From Trichoplax adhaerens (lineage: Eukaryota > Animalia > Placozoa), in NCBI RefSeq assembly GCF_000150275.1, contig NW_002060943.1, positions 10,696,209 through 10,760,208 of the forward strand: a stretch of 64,000 nt of DNA, written 5' to 3'. The number at the start of each line of letters is the position of its first letter. Position 1 is the stretch's first letter. Below, piece by piece: positions 27,801 to 41,600 of the stretch. Below the pieces are notes generated by a model, which was not told where the DNA came from, searched no databases, and worked only from the letters and a program-made list of their open reading frames with translations. A program made the position numbers and the translations under genes.

Positions 27801-29628
27801 TAATTGAATTATTTAAAATCAATACAGAAGTAGTTATTAGCTGCTGAGTAGTATTATTTAAATTATCAGTATTTTAGTTTGTTTATTACGGGTATGCTAT
27901 CGCTGCAGATAATGAACAAAATTTGGACAAACAAATGTTACCTAAATTAGGCAATAATTAAAACCTACAGAACTTCTATACTCAAGCTCTAGCTTAATTA
28001 TTCGCATATTGTTACCGGTAGTAAGATTTTTATTTTCTTTATAGGGTTATTAAAATGTCTAGCCCAAATCTAAACAGCCTAATTCTGATTGGATGCATAA
28101 GCTTGTATTTATCAGTTATTGCAAGTGGAACAATTAGTGTTGTTGAATCTCCTATCTTATGCATGGTAAGCACGAATCATTCAGCTATGAAAACTCGTAA
28201 TATACATCTCAGGCTTTCCTGTATCGGAAAACCATTAGCTAATTTATATATTGGACGAAGACTTAAAGAGTGTGCAGATTGAATCATTATATTTTAGTTC
28301 TTTGTATCCTATAACAAATTAGAGCTCGACTATTAGTCTCATTACTTCAGTTAAATAGCACATCTTTAAAAGTATTTAAGTTACTTGTTGTATGATTGGA
28401 TGGTTAATTTTGGTGAACAGTTACCTCCTTGGCTCACAACAATTGGATTTGCAATAGTCTCAGGCTCAATGTTTGCTAAAACGTATCGGGCTTATAAGAT
28501 CTTTACTACTAAGAAACGAATTTCTGTGAGTATCATTTAAAGTACTATTTTACTGCTCATCATAACGTGCCATATGGGTATATTTTCATCACTTACAAAG
28601 ATTATACTGAAATGAATGGGACAATTTTATACTCATGATGGCCTATAACTAAGGTTACAGAGAAGATACTTTATAATTCAGTCTGCTGCTTTTTCTAATT
28701 TCTAATTATGAACCAGCCCATACATGATTACCACCTATACGGGATTGTGACCGTATTAATCCTTGCAGAAACTTCCATACTCACCACCTGGACAGCTGTT
28801 GATCCAATGAAACCGGAGTATAACATATTGAAGAGAGAAGTATTGAATCATTTCAATATCGCAAGTTTTGATGTCTTTATCTTAATATTATTACCTAGAC
28901 TAATAAGAAGTATGATCTCTTCTCGATGTTGTTTACTTGAATAGTTACGAATTGATCAATTTTGATTCTTTTAAAGCCACTAATCTGAATCTCAAACGAT
29001 TATCATTATAATATCCGCAATAGTAGTACTTATATGCATCATTTTATTTTCAAAATAAAATATTGACTGCTTACATAACGTCTTGCAGTGAATTTAGAAT
29101 TTTTGAATCATTTTTGTTCGGTAGGTTTCTTTCAGCAACGATTCTATAATAGTGATTTCACAGCTGCTGGAATGTGACTGCCAACATGGCACCATTTGGC
29201 TTGTGACTATTTTAGCTCTTAATGGATTTGTGATAATTTTTGGCGCATTTATAGCATATGAAGCAAGGAAGATTAAATTGCTGATCATGAATGAGTCCAA
29301 GCAAATCGCTATATGTATTTACAATGTTGCATTACTATGCATTATTGTCATACCGATCACATTTTCTCTACCTAATACATCTGGTGGACCTTACATCACT
29401 TCTTGTGGCTTGATTTTGTATTGCACAACTACTACTATTTGTATCTTCTTCATTCCTAAGGTAATTATAGGATATTTGATGTTCGCCTAAATCTAAGATA
29501 GCAATAGACAATTATTGCTCATTACATTAAATCGACGTAGTATAGATTCTGATAGCTACCGTAGGGTATTATTCATTTTTCTATAGGTCAGACATAACAA
29601 AATTGGTCCTGCTCAGCCTTATGAATGA
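21900..29628 (+). CDS. GABA-B receptor-like class C GPCR, paralog A (15 exons; possibly decaying)
   Basis: Signal peptide, LYIGGFFP..GWNG..A..DINAREDIL Venus-flytrap start, FTYDAVWA, GPPVD linker with no Cys-rich domain, IKMSSPNLN, SMFAKTYR, MNESKQI, FFIPK. Exons approx. 21900-22124, 22668-22805/8, 23926-24096, 24286-24393, 24786-24851, 25666-25863, 25975-26217, 26686-26752, 26885-26974, 27126-27276, 28045-28165, 28421-28525, 28717-28839, 29125-29460, 29587-29628. The exon-2 donor is mutated and the last exon is frameshifted relative to B. Confidence 0.88.
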
Positions 29629-29829
29629 ATTGATGAAATTGGCTTTTGATAAAAGATCAGTTATAGGTGTACACACCTGATAATGTTTATCAACTAATAT
29701 AACGTCCAACAAAATAGATATTCTTTGTATTAGTAATGTTACTGAAAGGAAAAGATTGCCAAAACAATTTTCGTAACTACTAAGTATAAACTACTGTTAA
29801 ATTATTCATTACTGAATATCATCAGAGGG

Positions 29830-31328
29830 GACATAATTGACATGCAGGCCCAGCCTGATGGAGGCTACAAATATATTTTGAATTACCAGGACCATCTCAC
29901 CAAGTTTTGTGTGTTACGTCCTTTAAAATCTAAGTAGCAAGAGGTAGTGAGTAGGGAAATATTCGAAATTTTTGGTTTACTAGGAGCTCCTACCATCTTG
30001 CATACCGATAATGGTCGTGAATTTTCGAATAAGGTATTGCAATTCAAGTTTAAAATCTTTAGAACAATTAGAGGCTCGAATGACAAGTTATTCATTAATA
30101 CTAAATATTGTTACGAAATGCTGTTTTCTCGATTTTATACTACCTATTCTTAGAAATGTCATGCTTCTCTAAAAAGTATTTACATATTAGTATTTAACAG
30201 AAATCTTGACAATTTGGCCAAATTGTAAACAAGTACATGGCAAGCCGCGACATTCTCAGTCGCAAGGCTCCGTAGAGCGAGCCAACCAAGATGTAGAGGT
30301 AATCCTTGCATGTTGGAAGAGGGAACATAGTATTGTAAATTAGGCTAGCCATTTACCGTTGATTCAGTGGCAGAAAAATTCAAGGTTTCATTCTGGTGAG
30401 TTAGCCATTTATACATAAAATAGTTTTCGTAATATTGTGCGTCATTTATGTAATCAAAAAATATATCGAAATTTCATATTTAGGGATTGGGAGGTCACCT
30501 TACGAGGCAATGTTTGGTAAAAAGCCTAGGGTCGATATTGACGGCAGAAAATTTTCTAAAAGTGTGCTAGACAAGATAGGTTACATACAAGGTACAGATG
30601 AAGATAATATCGAATCACAGCCGTTTGAAAATATACCAGATTCAGAAGATGAGCTAAGCAGCCAAGAATCTTCCTTCGACGATTTAGAATCGAATGCTGA
30701 TTTATGCGTCAGTTGCCAAAGACCATCTAGTAGAGCACATAAGTGTCGTATTTGCAAAAACTATTGCCATGCAATACCGCCCTGTTGTGCTTCTACGGAT
30801 ATTGAAGAAGGGTTTGGTAGTCTGGTTACCTGTCGACTATGTGAATCAGAAGAGCACACACGTAACTTGAGGCAGCAATCGAAGAGAAAATTGCAGCAAC
30901 AAGCAGAAACAATGCTGCAGAAATCGGTAAAAAGGCTAAAGTCAGGCATAGTTGGTGACACCGTGCTGATTCCATTGCCAGAACCTGATAGAGAGAAAAG
31001 CCAATTAAGGAACGTGCAAGCCTGTATTTTTTCTGTATCAAAAGATAATTATTACCAGTTAGGAACATGGCATGGCCTAATAAATAGGTTACATGATGCC
31101 ACCCAGCTTACCCTATGTAAGGAATCGTTCTTAGCAAAAGATGATATAAATTGTAATGTTAAAATTAGTCTTAGAGAAACTGCCAAATTAGAATCTGTTA
31201 TCACTGGCCAAAAATCTCATTTCTGTGGTTGCTATACATCTTGCATTACTAGCCGATGCAAATGCTTTAAGGCTAATGTTAAGTGCAACAGTAAATGTCA
31301 TCATCAGAGAACCTGTAAAAATAAATAA
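29830..31328 (+). pseudogene. Integrase/transposase pseudogene of the Ginger-like element
   Basis: Exons ~29830-30033, 30191-30395 and 30484-31328. In-frame TAG stops at 29935-29937 and 30341-30343; the D-D-E triad is still present; the N-terminus is missing. Confidence 0.85.
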
Positions 31329-31384
31329 TTATAATAATAATCAGAACATAATAAATTCTTTAATAACTACTTAACTGATAATAA

Positions 31385-31648
31385 TATCTCAGGTTTATTT
31401 GGTAAAGTTACTGCAAGAATAAAGATTATTATAATCAACAAAGAAATGTGACTCAGGTTTAGGTAGTAAAGTTATTGCAATAATAAAGATTATTATAATC
31501 AACAAAGAAATATATCTCTGGCTAATTAGTAATATTACTGCATGAATAAAGATTATTATAATCAACAAAAAATATATCTCTGGTTTATATAATAATGTTT
31601 CTGTATGAATAAAGAGTATTACAATCAACAAAGAAATATATCTGGGCA
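31385..31648. repeat. ~63-bp tandem repeat, about 4 copies (subterminal in the transposon)
   Basis: The aataaagattattataatcaacaaa core recurs with its ataatcaaca part at ~31431, 31495, 31558 and 31621. Confidence 0.9.
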
Positions 31649-31649
31649 T

Positions 31650-31729
31650 TGACTAGGCATTTCGCGAACTGACTAGGCATTTCGCGAATTGACTAGGCAT
31701 TTCGCGAATTGACTAGGCAATTCGCGAAA
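31650..31729. repeat. 20-bp tandem repeat x4 (TGACTAGGCATTTCGCGAAY) next to the element terminus
   Basis: Directly visible; each unit contains the palindrome TTCGCGAA. Confidence 0.92.
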
Positions 31730-34700
31730 TCACTGGATTTCGTACTTGCACGGTAACATCGCCTTCCTAAATTAACTGATTAATCAATGGTAATATAATC
31801 TAATACTCTTTTAACTCTTTTAATAATCACCAAATTTTAACTCAATTTTATGTTAGGATTTGGGTTAAAGTATTATTGACTTCAGAAAATCGGTGTGAAA
31901 CTCCAGTTGTGAGCTACAGTATTAGCTACATATTTTAATTAAACAGCAACTGAACAGTTACCTTTATCACGTAGATGAGGTAAACCAAACTTAAATAATA
32001 TTTGCTAATCCAAAATTACAACACATGGTGATACGCCTACATCTTTTTTATGTACTTCATTGCTTAAGCTGTACGCTACTCTATGACAATTAAATGGCCT
32101 GTAAGTTAGGAAATCACTTCATATATCCGATATTAAATGAAAATTTAATGGACAGCTATAGCTAAAATAGTTAAAGCTATCATATAGACTTGATTACTAA
32201 ACTTCGTTTAATAAGGTGTAAACTTTAACGAAATGGTAAATAGATAAATCATTAATGCCCTCTTCTGAACGTGCTACTGAATTACAGCATACAGTATATT
32301 AATTATTATTCTAAATTAATAAGTATATTCTACATTAAGGTCAGCAATATTAGGACATACTGTGCCAGATAACAGTTCATTAGGTCACTTTGCATTCTAT
32401 ACTCAGTAATACAATCTATACTTTTAATATTTAACTGATCTATGTATAATTGTAATCATGCTGTATTGATTATAGTTTTGTACGAAGATATAGTAACTGT
32501 CGATACTCATTCTTATACTAAATTTAGTAAGCAATAATTGGTGGTATTCAATAATTCTTGCTTATGATCGTCAAATTATGAACTAGTTAGGCATATAAGT
32601 TGTGAAAATTACCATAGTCAGTTTTGTCGTTGAAATTGCAATTCACAGTTGTAAAAATTTTCTTAGCGAGAACTCATAATAGACATTAGTCTACTCCAAA
32701 TCTTTTGTGATTGCATTTGTGGGGAAAATTCGAAGTAGGTTTATTACAATAGTCGTAATCTTTGATACTCTATAATTTAAACAGACGTATATTAAGTCTT
32801 TAACCTAACTATAAGCATCAATTTATAGTGCGATAAGGCAAAAAGAATAATTTTCCACTATTGATGTACATATTTATTTTGTCAGGATATCTTTCGAATT
32901 TAAGATACATTCAGGCCAAAATATTTTAACAAAATTTTTTCCCGTACTATATCAAATCCATGTACTGAACATCAAAATGGTGTTTTATAAGTATAAAGCA
33001 GTAAGTACCATGTTACCATGAATTTAAATAAGAGAATTCTAAAAAGCTAAACTAACGCAAGGAGAAGAGATAATTGTAACGATATCTGACATATTAAGCG
33101 TACATTCAGTTTATACATGTCGGAATAACACGGATCAATAGCAGTTTAATTAAGAAACGCAGTAATACAATGAAGTTATGAAAGGGGAAAGGATAAATGC
33201 AATTATCTCTCGTATACAGTAATTGAGTATACATCCAATTCGATTATATGGTGGCTGTATGGTTTCATACAGAATACCTTGCTAAGAATATGATTTTGCA
33301 ATGATGCTGTAAAGTAAAAATGGTGATGTTGTAATTTCTGTGACTGGTGAATACAAAGTAAAAATCTTTTAAGTACCGGTCCCATATTGACTTAAACTAG
33401 CTTTTACTTCACGTAATATGCATAACTAAGAATAGTGAAGATAGAACTTTTATTAGCACTTTCTGTTACTCGAATTATTCCCATTATTATAGAAGTATGT
33501 TACTTGTAAACAACCCTTAGTCTAGTTATCCTTTATTACAGTACGTTTCTTTAACCATAATATCCTAATATAGTTATTCTATTAGCAAATATTTTAATGT
33601 ATTACGGTGCTCATACGTAAACGTAACTGCCGCAAGACTATTGCCTAGATTAACTAACCTGACTTAGGATTAAAGCATCTCATTACTTTCTACACGTAAT
33701 AGCAATAAATACCAAATATATAACAGCCACCCTAAATGAAAATTACGACAAGACATTTATCTATATATCATATTTTGTACAACAATTGCAGACTTTACTA
33801 TAATAGCTACGATGATAAAGTTATTTAAATGCTCAGGTAACATCGTAATAGCTAATTACAGTTGTTCATTAACTGATACCTTGATTAATGGTGCTGCTTT
33901 GGAGTAACTTTTGCGTAGTAGGCCTAGCACAGTTATTATTAGATAACATTTAGGAATTACTAAAACTGATTTTATGCATAAAATTTTACTTTTTTCGACA
34001 GATAACTACGAATTCTTCGAATATTATCAAGTACTGACAACTAATATTCGTGTAATGTAGCAATATAACAAATCGGTTGATTTTATTTTCCAGTAAAATT
34101 TTTGAATTTATAGTTTAATCTATGCGAGTATCAAAAGATGCTGTCTACTTTACAAATATGTGAAACTCCGAATGATAATATCACCAATGAAAAGCAAACT
34201 ATATTATCTGGCAAAGATAAGAATCTCTGTAAAAAATTATTTTGAGACACTAATCTTCCTATTTTATCACTTAGAGTCGTAATAAGGAATTTATAACCAC
34301 TGATATATTTAGTTACTAATCCTAATGCAACATGATAACTACACCTGATATACCTAATAAGCTGCAGTAATTCAAAATGTGCAATATATGGACGACATTA
34401 AAATAGCAGATACTAAAAATCAATGAAACAGCGGATTTATCTAGTACACCTGGCGGAGCGGTATCAATAACTATTTGAGTTGTAGATCCTGCTGTATCTT
34501 CGGCTGACTTAGAGTCAGTTAGTACCGTGATTAATGAAAGGTGATGAATAAACTGTTGTAAAAGGAGTAAACTGTACGTAGATGCAAACAATTTATAAAT
34601 CGAATTGTATAAGAAAATAAGATTTCTCTAGTAATATCATTTTTTTAAACCTATTCCCTTATTGATACTCTGCTCTATGGAATTACAAAAATTTAGACCT

Positions 34701-35643
34701 ATATTAACAGTGACAGTATAATTGCCTTATATTTACAGAAACTACCGTAAACTTCACTTTCGTGATTGGGTATGTCGAATTATTCCGCCTAATGATAATA
34801 ATAGCATATTTTCTTTCTGATCTTTGTCATAACATCTTCATATGACAGGAAATAAAGTCTAAAAGTCGATTGTATAAATTCTACATGTGACATGAATGGG
34901 TATAATTTATGAATAATTCAGCAATAGATATTCTCTCATTTGAAGAATTAATCTATTTTCTATCTCAATTTCAATAAATATCAGCTGTACACATCTTGTA
35001 ATACATTAGAAAAGAGAACGATTTCATATACTAGTTAAGATAAAGTCAATAACTCTTTCAAGAATGTAAATTCAAGTAATTGCAAATTATTACATTAATT
35101 ATTCATTTCTATCAGATTGGTAAATTAAAATTCTAAAATTTTGTATAGTTTTGAAATCTTAATTAAGCAAACTGTCTCCTATTTTATGATATAACTGACA
35201 TCATCAAATGGAATTTTTTATAAAATAAAGAATATATATTATCTAATTTTAAGTAAATAAGTCTTGATAGTAAATAGTAAAAATAGCTCAAAGATGCCTT
35301 TAAAACCCATTTGAACTCTATTAATATAAAATATAATAAGAATAACTTTTTTTATTGTTTCATTGTCGATTAATATTTACAGGCTAATATCCTTTCTATT
35401 ACCGAATTCATCACAACAGGAAATTTTTGACTAACTATATTAGCTTGTCTTTCTCTTAATGATAATCCTTATAGTTCTAGTATTTTAACATTGCGCATTG
35501 CCTAAACATTAGCGAATGATTGTATTCGAATCACTAAAATTTAAGTATTTCGATTATTTTCAATCAGTATAGCTTTTCATTTTACTTTACTATTTCAAAA
35601 TACCCATAGAATTTATTTCGAATCAAGTAATCCATCGCTAAAA

Positions 35644-38600
35644 ATGAATACCAGATACAATTTATATTTTCTTATCTTCATCCTTTTAAACCTATCATCA
35701 CAAAGCGAGAAAATAAATTTATACATTGGCGGTTTTTTCCCAATAGATAATGTTGGCTGGAATGGAAGTGGTTTAATACCGGCTACTCAAATGGCTCTTG
35801 ATGATATTAATGCTAGGGAAGACATTTTACCCAATTATCAACTCAATCTAATTATTGGAAATACGAAAGTAAGCAACAATGGTTAATTGATATGGCTAAA
35901 TTTATTGCATTAACATTAAAATATAATTTCATCGATAAGCAAAATAATGTAACGTTAGTATCAAGTGTAAGAAATCTAGTACTTTTCATTATTGTATTTA
36001 CCATTACGAGTATTCTAAATTTGATTGAACTGACATATTATAAACTACAATATATTATATAAATTTATATCACGTAAAAAATCTTGCGATATTCGTAGTT
36101 TGTCCTCCTGTGAAAGAAGATATTTTTTTCACGGTCGTCCATTTTAATGCTATGAGGGAATTTTTAAAAATTTTCTTTTAAGATAAGAGTGATTGATGTA
36201 GTGCAAAAAATAGGTTTACTTTCAGTTTTATCTCTTTAATTCGCTTGATTAATCGATACATATAATAAAAATTGTTCAAAGGAATAAAACAAATGCGTTA
36301 TACTCATGCAATTAATGGAAATTTGATCATATTTTTTTCATAGGCACTAACTAACTTGGGTGTTAAAGTTTTATTCGACTTCATACATCTACCTCCAACA
36401 AAAATTATGCTGCTGGGTTGTGGATTTGCTCGAGTGACATCAGCTGTGGCTGGAGTTGCAAAATATTATAACTTGATTCAGGTTGTATGAATTTTAATTA
36501 AGAACAAAAATACCGAGACATATAATAATAATTCCTAGCTTATAAGAAATTTTTTAATTACTACTAAAATTACATCGTTATTCTTATAATATTGAAGAAT
36601 ATCATCATGCTTTTGTTCTTGGGTGTAGATTCAATTATTTTAAAACCAGACTCAGTTTGTTATTATACCAACCCCTGTACGTTATTTTGAGTCGATTGTC
36701 ACTATTATATTATAAATTTAGATAGTTTGCTTCCTTTCGTATTCGTTATTTTCTTAGCCAAGAATCAGAATATTTTCTGCAATTTCTTGACTCTCAATAT
36801 GCCATTATTCGCATTTATAAATCAATTAACGTGTAATCTAGGCGAAATTTTTAGTTTTTGTATCATAAAAGTTGAATTATTGCATTAATTATTGCGCTTG
36901 CCAAAGCCGTTTTCACAATTTTTCTTTCGATAACGCTGTAGGCTGAGAAAATTTTTCGACTAAAATTATATGCAGATACTTTTAGCAAATGAACAAGTGA
37001 TTTCAAATATTAGCACTTTAACCGAATAATATCTTCTGTAACTTCCAGTACAAACTACAACCACATCAAAGTACTGTATTTTTTACAAATGAAATTGTAG
37101 TATCAACTACACTTTTTCTTAATGAAGTTTTCACACTATAAAGGTGATGTAAAAATAGCTTAGCTAGCTAACTCATCTCTAAGTGAATATTTGCAGTAGT
37201 CTATTATTATTAGTCTTTCCGTGAGAAATAGGCCACGAGTGAATTACATTCATTTCTGAAGCTTCAGTCTTAAATTAGCTAATCTTTAGCCTAACTTTTA
37301 TTTGCTACGTTACTGATAGGAATTAAGCACCGTCAATTTATCGTAAGAAATATTCCATGTAAAACATTAATTTTACTGTCTTATGATGGAGATATGGATT
37401 AGCGAGTTAGCAAATAGACAGCAGTGGTACGATACCTAACTACCTATATGGACGATATAGTTTCGTTAACTCGAAAAGAAATTATTTTGTTAATTTCATT
37501 AGTATTCTCCTAAAAGTTGCCCTAGATTTAAAGCACGAGTTTCATCAACTCTTAGTAATTGAAGCGTAGAAGGTAGAGGTGCAATGCATCAATTTACAGC
37601 AATTTCTGAACTTTGCCTATACCTTTGAAAATTATAAGATATACTATATTACACTGTTCCTGAATTAATATCAGTATAGAAATAACTTCTACGTTAATTC
37701 ATTTATCCTCCAAAAAAATATTAATTTAAGATATCATAACCGAATTAAAGAATATTCAAAGTGACGTCATTAAATTTATAAGAAAATTCGTGCCTACTTT
37801 ACACAATTTAGAATAACACGTGTCATTGTATCAGATGATAATAACGGCAACACAACAGTTCTAGCACTAGAATTAAATTATTGCACTATATTGATACGAT
37901 ATTCGTAGGAATAAAAGGGATAGTGAAATCTTTAATCAGTATTAGCAGTTAATTGATGCCCGTGGCTGTATAAGTGATATAATACGGGTTTGGACAATAT
38001 ATATGATGATAAAATCATCATTTGTATCAATTTCATATGTCATTACCAAATGAATAATCCGGAACCTATACGGATGATAATGGGCTATATCCATTATAAT
38101 AACATCTTAAAACTACAGAGAAACTTAAATATCTACATTGAATTTATAAAATTCGTCTCAAAATTTGATTACAATGGTAAAGTATTTATTGATAAATCAT
38201 TCAGTTATCGCACCTCATTTATTTACGATTATTGAATATTTCAGACAACGTTTTCTTCAGAGAGTATCTTGTTATCGGACAAACAAAAGTATCCATACCT
38301 TTTCCGGACTTGTTTTTCTAATAGTGCTTGGAGCTTACCGCAAGTCGTATTAGTTAAACATTTCAATTGGACTAAAGTAGCTACTATTGCGAGAAGAAGC
38401 GAAGTTTACGATGCAGTAAGTTAATAAACAACATTAGTTGATAAAATACGAACAAAGACCGCTAAATTATGTAAGCCTGATTCATTTTTGCTATCCAAAT
38501 AACACTCATTGGATCATTTATTTCAGCTATAATACCAGTTACTCCTGTACACGCTTAGTTGCGTGTTTCTAATAATTAAGTTCATTACATATTCTTGCTA

Positions 38601-41600
38601 AATCTCAGTTTGCATCAATAAGGTAATTTTTACCTAAACCTTTAAACGTAACCTAGTCTGACAAGCTCAATCCAACATTCCGTAAATTATTGAGCATTCA
38701 CTAAAAACGGGACTTTTGATATTAGAGCATTGAAAGGCTACTAAATGACTTACATCACGAGAAGATTAAAGTCATTGCAGCTGAAGGGTTTATCGCAGGA
38801 ACTAATGTTAACCGCCAAATTGGAAATCTCAAGGTATTTAGATAAGATGTTTTTGAGCCTAAATCTTCATTTTAATTCCGTATAAATGCTTCCATTTTTT
38901 TTAAGTTCATCAAATTTAAACGTTATTTTCGTGGATTTTATCACTTTACCATCTAATATAGCCTGAATTTATAATTAGTTGATTTATTAACTCATAATTT
39001 TATAGTTAAAATATTTATGATCGTAAAAATGACACTTAAAATCTCTGCATTTTATGAGAGCATATCCCTAAAGAATGACTGTAGTAATACAGTAAATGTA
39101 AATGTAGACTGCTAATTACGAAATTGGATAACATTTGTAGGAAAAAGAAGCGAGAATTATCATTGGACACTTTCAAGAAGAAGATGCACTGGAAATATTT
39201 TGCCAGGTTAGTATAACGATTGAGCGAACTTCTAATAGTGGTATCTGTATCGGATAGATATCACCTGCCAGAGCACATTATCTTTTCTGAGGTAAATTCC
39301 TTAGTAATAATTTTCATAGCCTTTGGTATAGTTTCGTAGCACGCATAAAGTAGCAGCAAAGTCTTATTTTTTTTAAATCAAAATAAGAGGAGCCATACGA
39401 AGGCTATTACATTAGAATAGTATTAGTATCCCATTTAGAATTCCTTATGATAATTGAATAATGAAATTTTGCGACACTGCAAGCCAAGAATAACTTTTCA
39501 GCAGAGAATTTATAACATCTGCTCTTTACTTATCACACTAATCCTAAATTTAATAATCAATAGTCACTATCAAACATGTAAGAGTATTTGCTATATTATA
39601 ATTTGAAATCAAATAAAATTATGATCATAGCATTATTAAGCAAAACATCAATAATGAGCTACGTCTGCATAAATTACAATACCGTTACTTAGTTCAAGAA
39701 ATTTTGAATCATAGAATTCAGTCGCAATTATTCACTTAAAAGAATAACTTTTAAATAAATATAAACAGATTCAAATCATATCAAGATCCTGTCATATAAA
39801 ATTGTAAGTATTCAATACTGTAACATAATACATTGTAATATACCTTCAGGCTTACAAGCATGGAATGTATGGAGCTGATTATGTCTGGATTGTACCTGGC
39901 TTTCTGTCTTCTACGTTCTGGGATAAAGCCGTTAACGTAAAACACGTTAATTGTACACCACAAGAAATTGCCATAGCCGCCAATTATTCTCTCTCAATCG
40001 ATTTTGCTACGATTAATACTGCTGATGAAACTACCATATCTGGCATGGTTCGATGCTTTATTTTTCTATACTGTATTATCCTTATCGTACTCGTATATCT
40101 GATCTAGCTCAGATTAAATATGATATATGTCTATGTTATATTTTTTACATATACATAGACACCACAATCATTTGATATTAGATATCATAACTGGCCATCA
40201 ATTGTCAATCATACTTATTGGCCTAATAGTTACGCTGGTTTTACATACGATGCTGTTTGGGCAGAAGCTTTAGCTTTAAACAGTTCTCTTAGTCGAATAA
40301 CAAAACTTAATCGAAGTTTGGACGATTTTCGGTACAGCGATAGTGAAATGGCAGGAATTTTTAAAGAGGAAATGTATCGAGTCAATTTTTCTGGGATAAG
40401 TGTAAGTCTTTATATGAGCAATATTAAGATTATTTAGCGAAAAGTGTTAAATGTATAGACGAATATCAATATCTTAAGACGACAATAGTAGTTTATTATA
40501 AATTTCTAGCTTTACAAATGACTGTTTAATTTTCAAGTATTGAAACTTGCCCTTATGATAGAAATACGTTGAAAAATCAATTATTAAATATTATACATGT
40601 GATACTTTCGAAAGATTTGCGTTCGTCATAATCGCAAGAAATTACAGAGATCAACTAGAGAAATAAGAGTTTAATTTCAGCTGGCGTTAGAGGAAAAACC
40701 GCATACGATTACAGCATATATACAGGACGAGGACTAGTCAAGCAGATAACGTAAAATAGGATGGGTAAAGCGTACAAGCTTACCGTACCACTAGCTAATA
40801 AGATAGATGTCTAAGAGTTACTTTTATAATATAAGAAACTCTGATTAAATACTTAGATCAGCTCGGGGATTAACAGAAGGAAAATTGGTCGAAATGACAT
40901 TAATATTAATGTTATAATTTTGTACTGTAATACTTACTATCTTAGTTCCATATTTAACTTTCATCTTCGATCTAACATTGTTTCCATAGAATATAATCGA
41001 ATTCAACAAATACGGTGATGTACTCCCACATACCACCTACTTAGTTCAACATCAAGGTTAGAAAAGCTGATGTAATATATGACTCAGAGAAAGTTCTATA
41101 AATAATAAGTCACTGTCACAATTTCTTTTACAAACTTTTCTTTCATAGCTTTGTGAGCGATACTAGTCTACTAGAATACTTATAATTCCCTTTACTGATA
41201 AAGATCTAATATAAGATACAACCACACAAGTATAAAGTAGTTCCAGTAGAAATGGTAAATTAATTTTATTAGGCTAAGGTCCATTAGTAGCTAATGGTAA
41301 ATAAAATCAATACAGTATCTCGGACATTACTCCATAACAGTCACATATTAACAATTTCATAAAGTAATCATTAATATTCTTGTATGTATTTGCACCCATA
41401 ATCATATGCAGGTGAAGTTAAAAGAGCGGTGGCTACGATAATAGCTAAAGAAGGGCTAATCGATTTCTATGCAGCCTCTCCAAATGTTATCAGATGGGCA
41501 GGTTAAAAGAGTTTATTAACACTGGCGATTTTACACCCTATATAATATAATATAATCGTATATTGCATTGCTTCTCTAAATAGTACGGTAACTACATGGT

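Larger units (their letters stand above)
29830..31758 (+). mobile_element. 5'-truncated, inactivated Ginger-type (KRBA2/SCAND3-like integrase) DNA transposon with spliceosomal introns
   Basis: DIIDMQAQPDGGYKYILNYQDHLTKFCVLRPLKSK..GAPTILHTDNGREF, HGKPRHSQSQGSVERANQDVE, GIGRSPYEAMFG and a terminal Cys-rich CxC..CxxxCH domain. Followed by subterminal tandem repeats and an ...GGTAACA end (TGT..ACA type). No left TIR or TSD found. Confidence 0.85.

Noticed and set aside
29737-29748. TGTTAC as left TIR of the Ginger-like element
   Set aside because: Only 6 nt match the right terminus, there are no inverted 20-bp repeats, and there is no matching TSD.
30435-31328. 297-aa ORF as a standalone zinc-finger gene
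   Set aside because: It is the last exon of the stop-interrupted transposase; its start lies in the intron.
31650-31729. Palindromic 20-bp direct repeats as a CRISPR-like array
   Set aside because: There are no spacers and no cas genes, the context is eukaryotic, and they are explained as transposon subterminal repeats.
34322-34591. GC-richer minus-strand ORF (SAEDTAGSTTQIVIDTAPPG) as an orphan exon
   Set aside because: I could not establish partner exons or homology; at most it is a relic.
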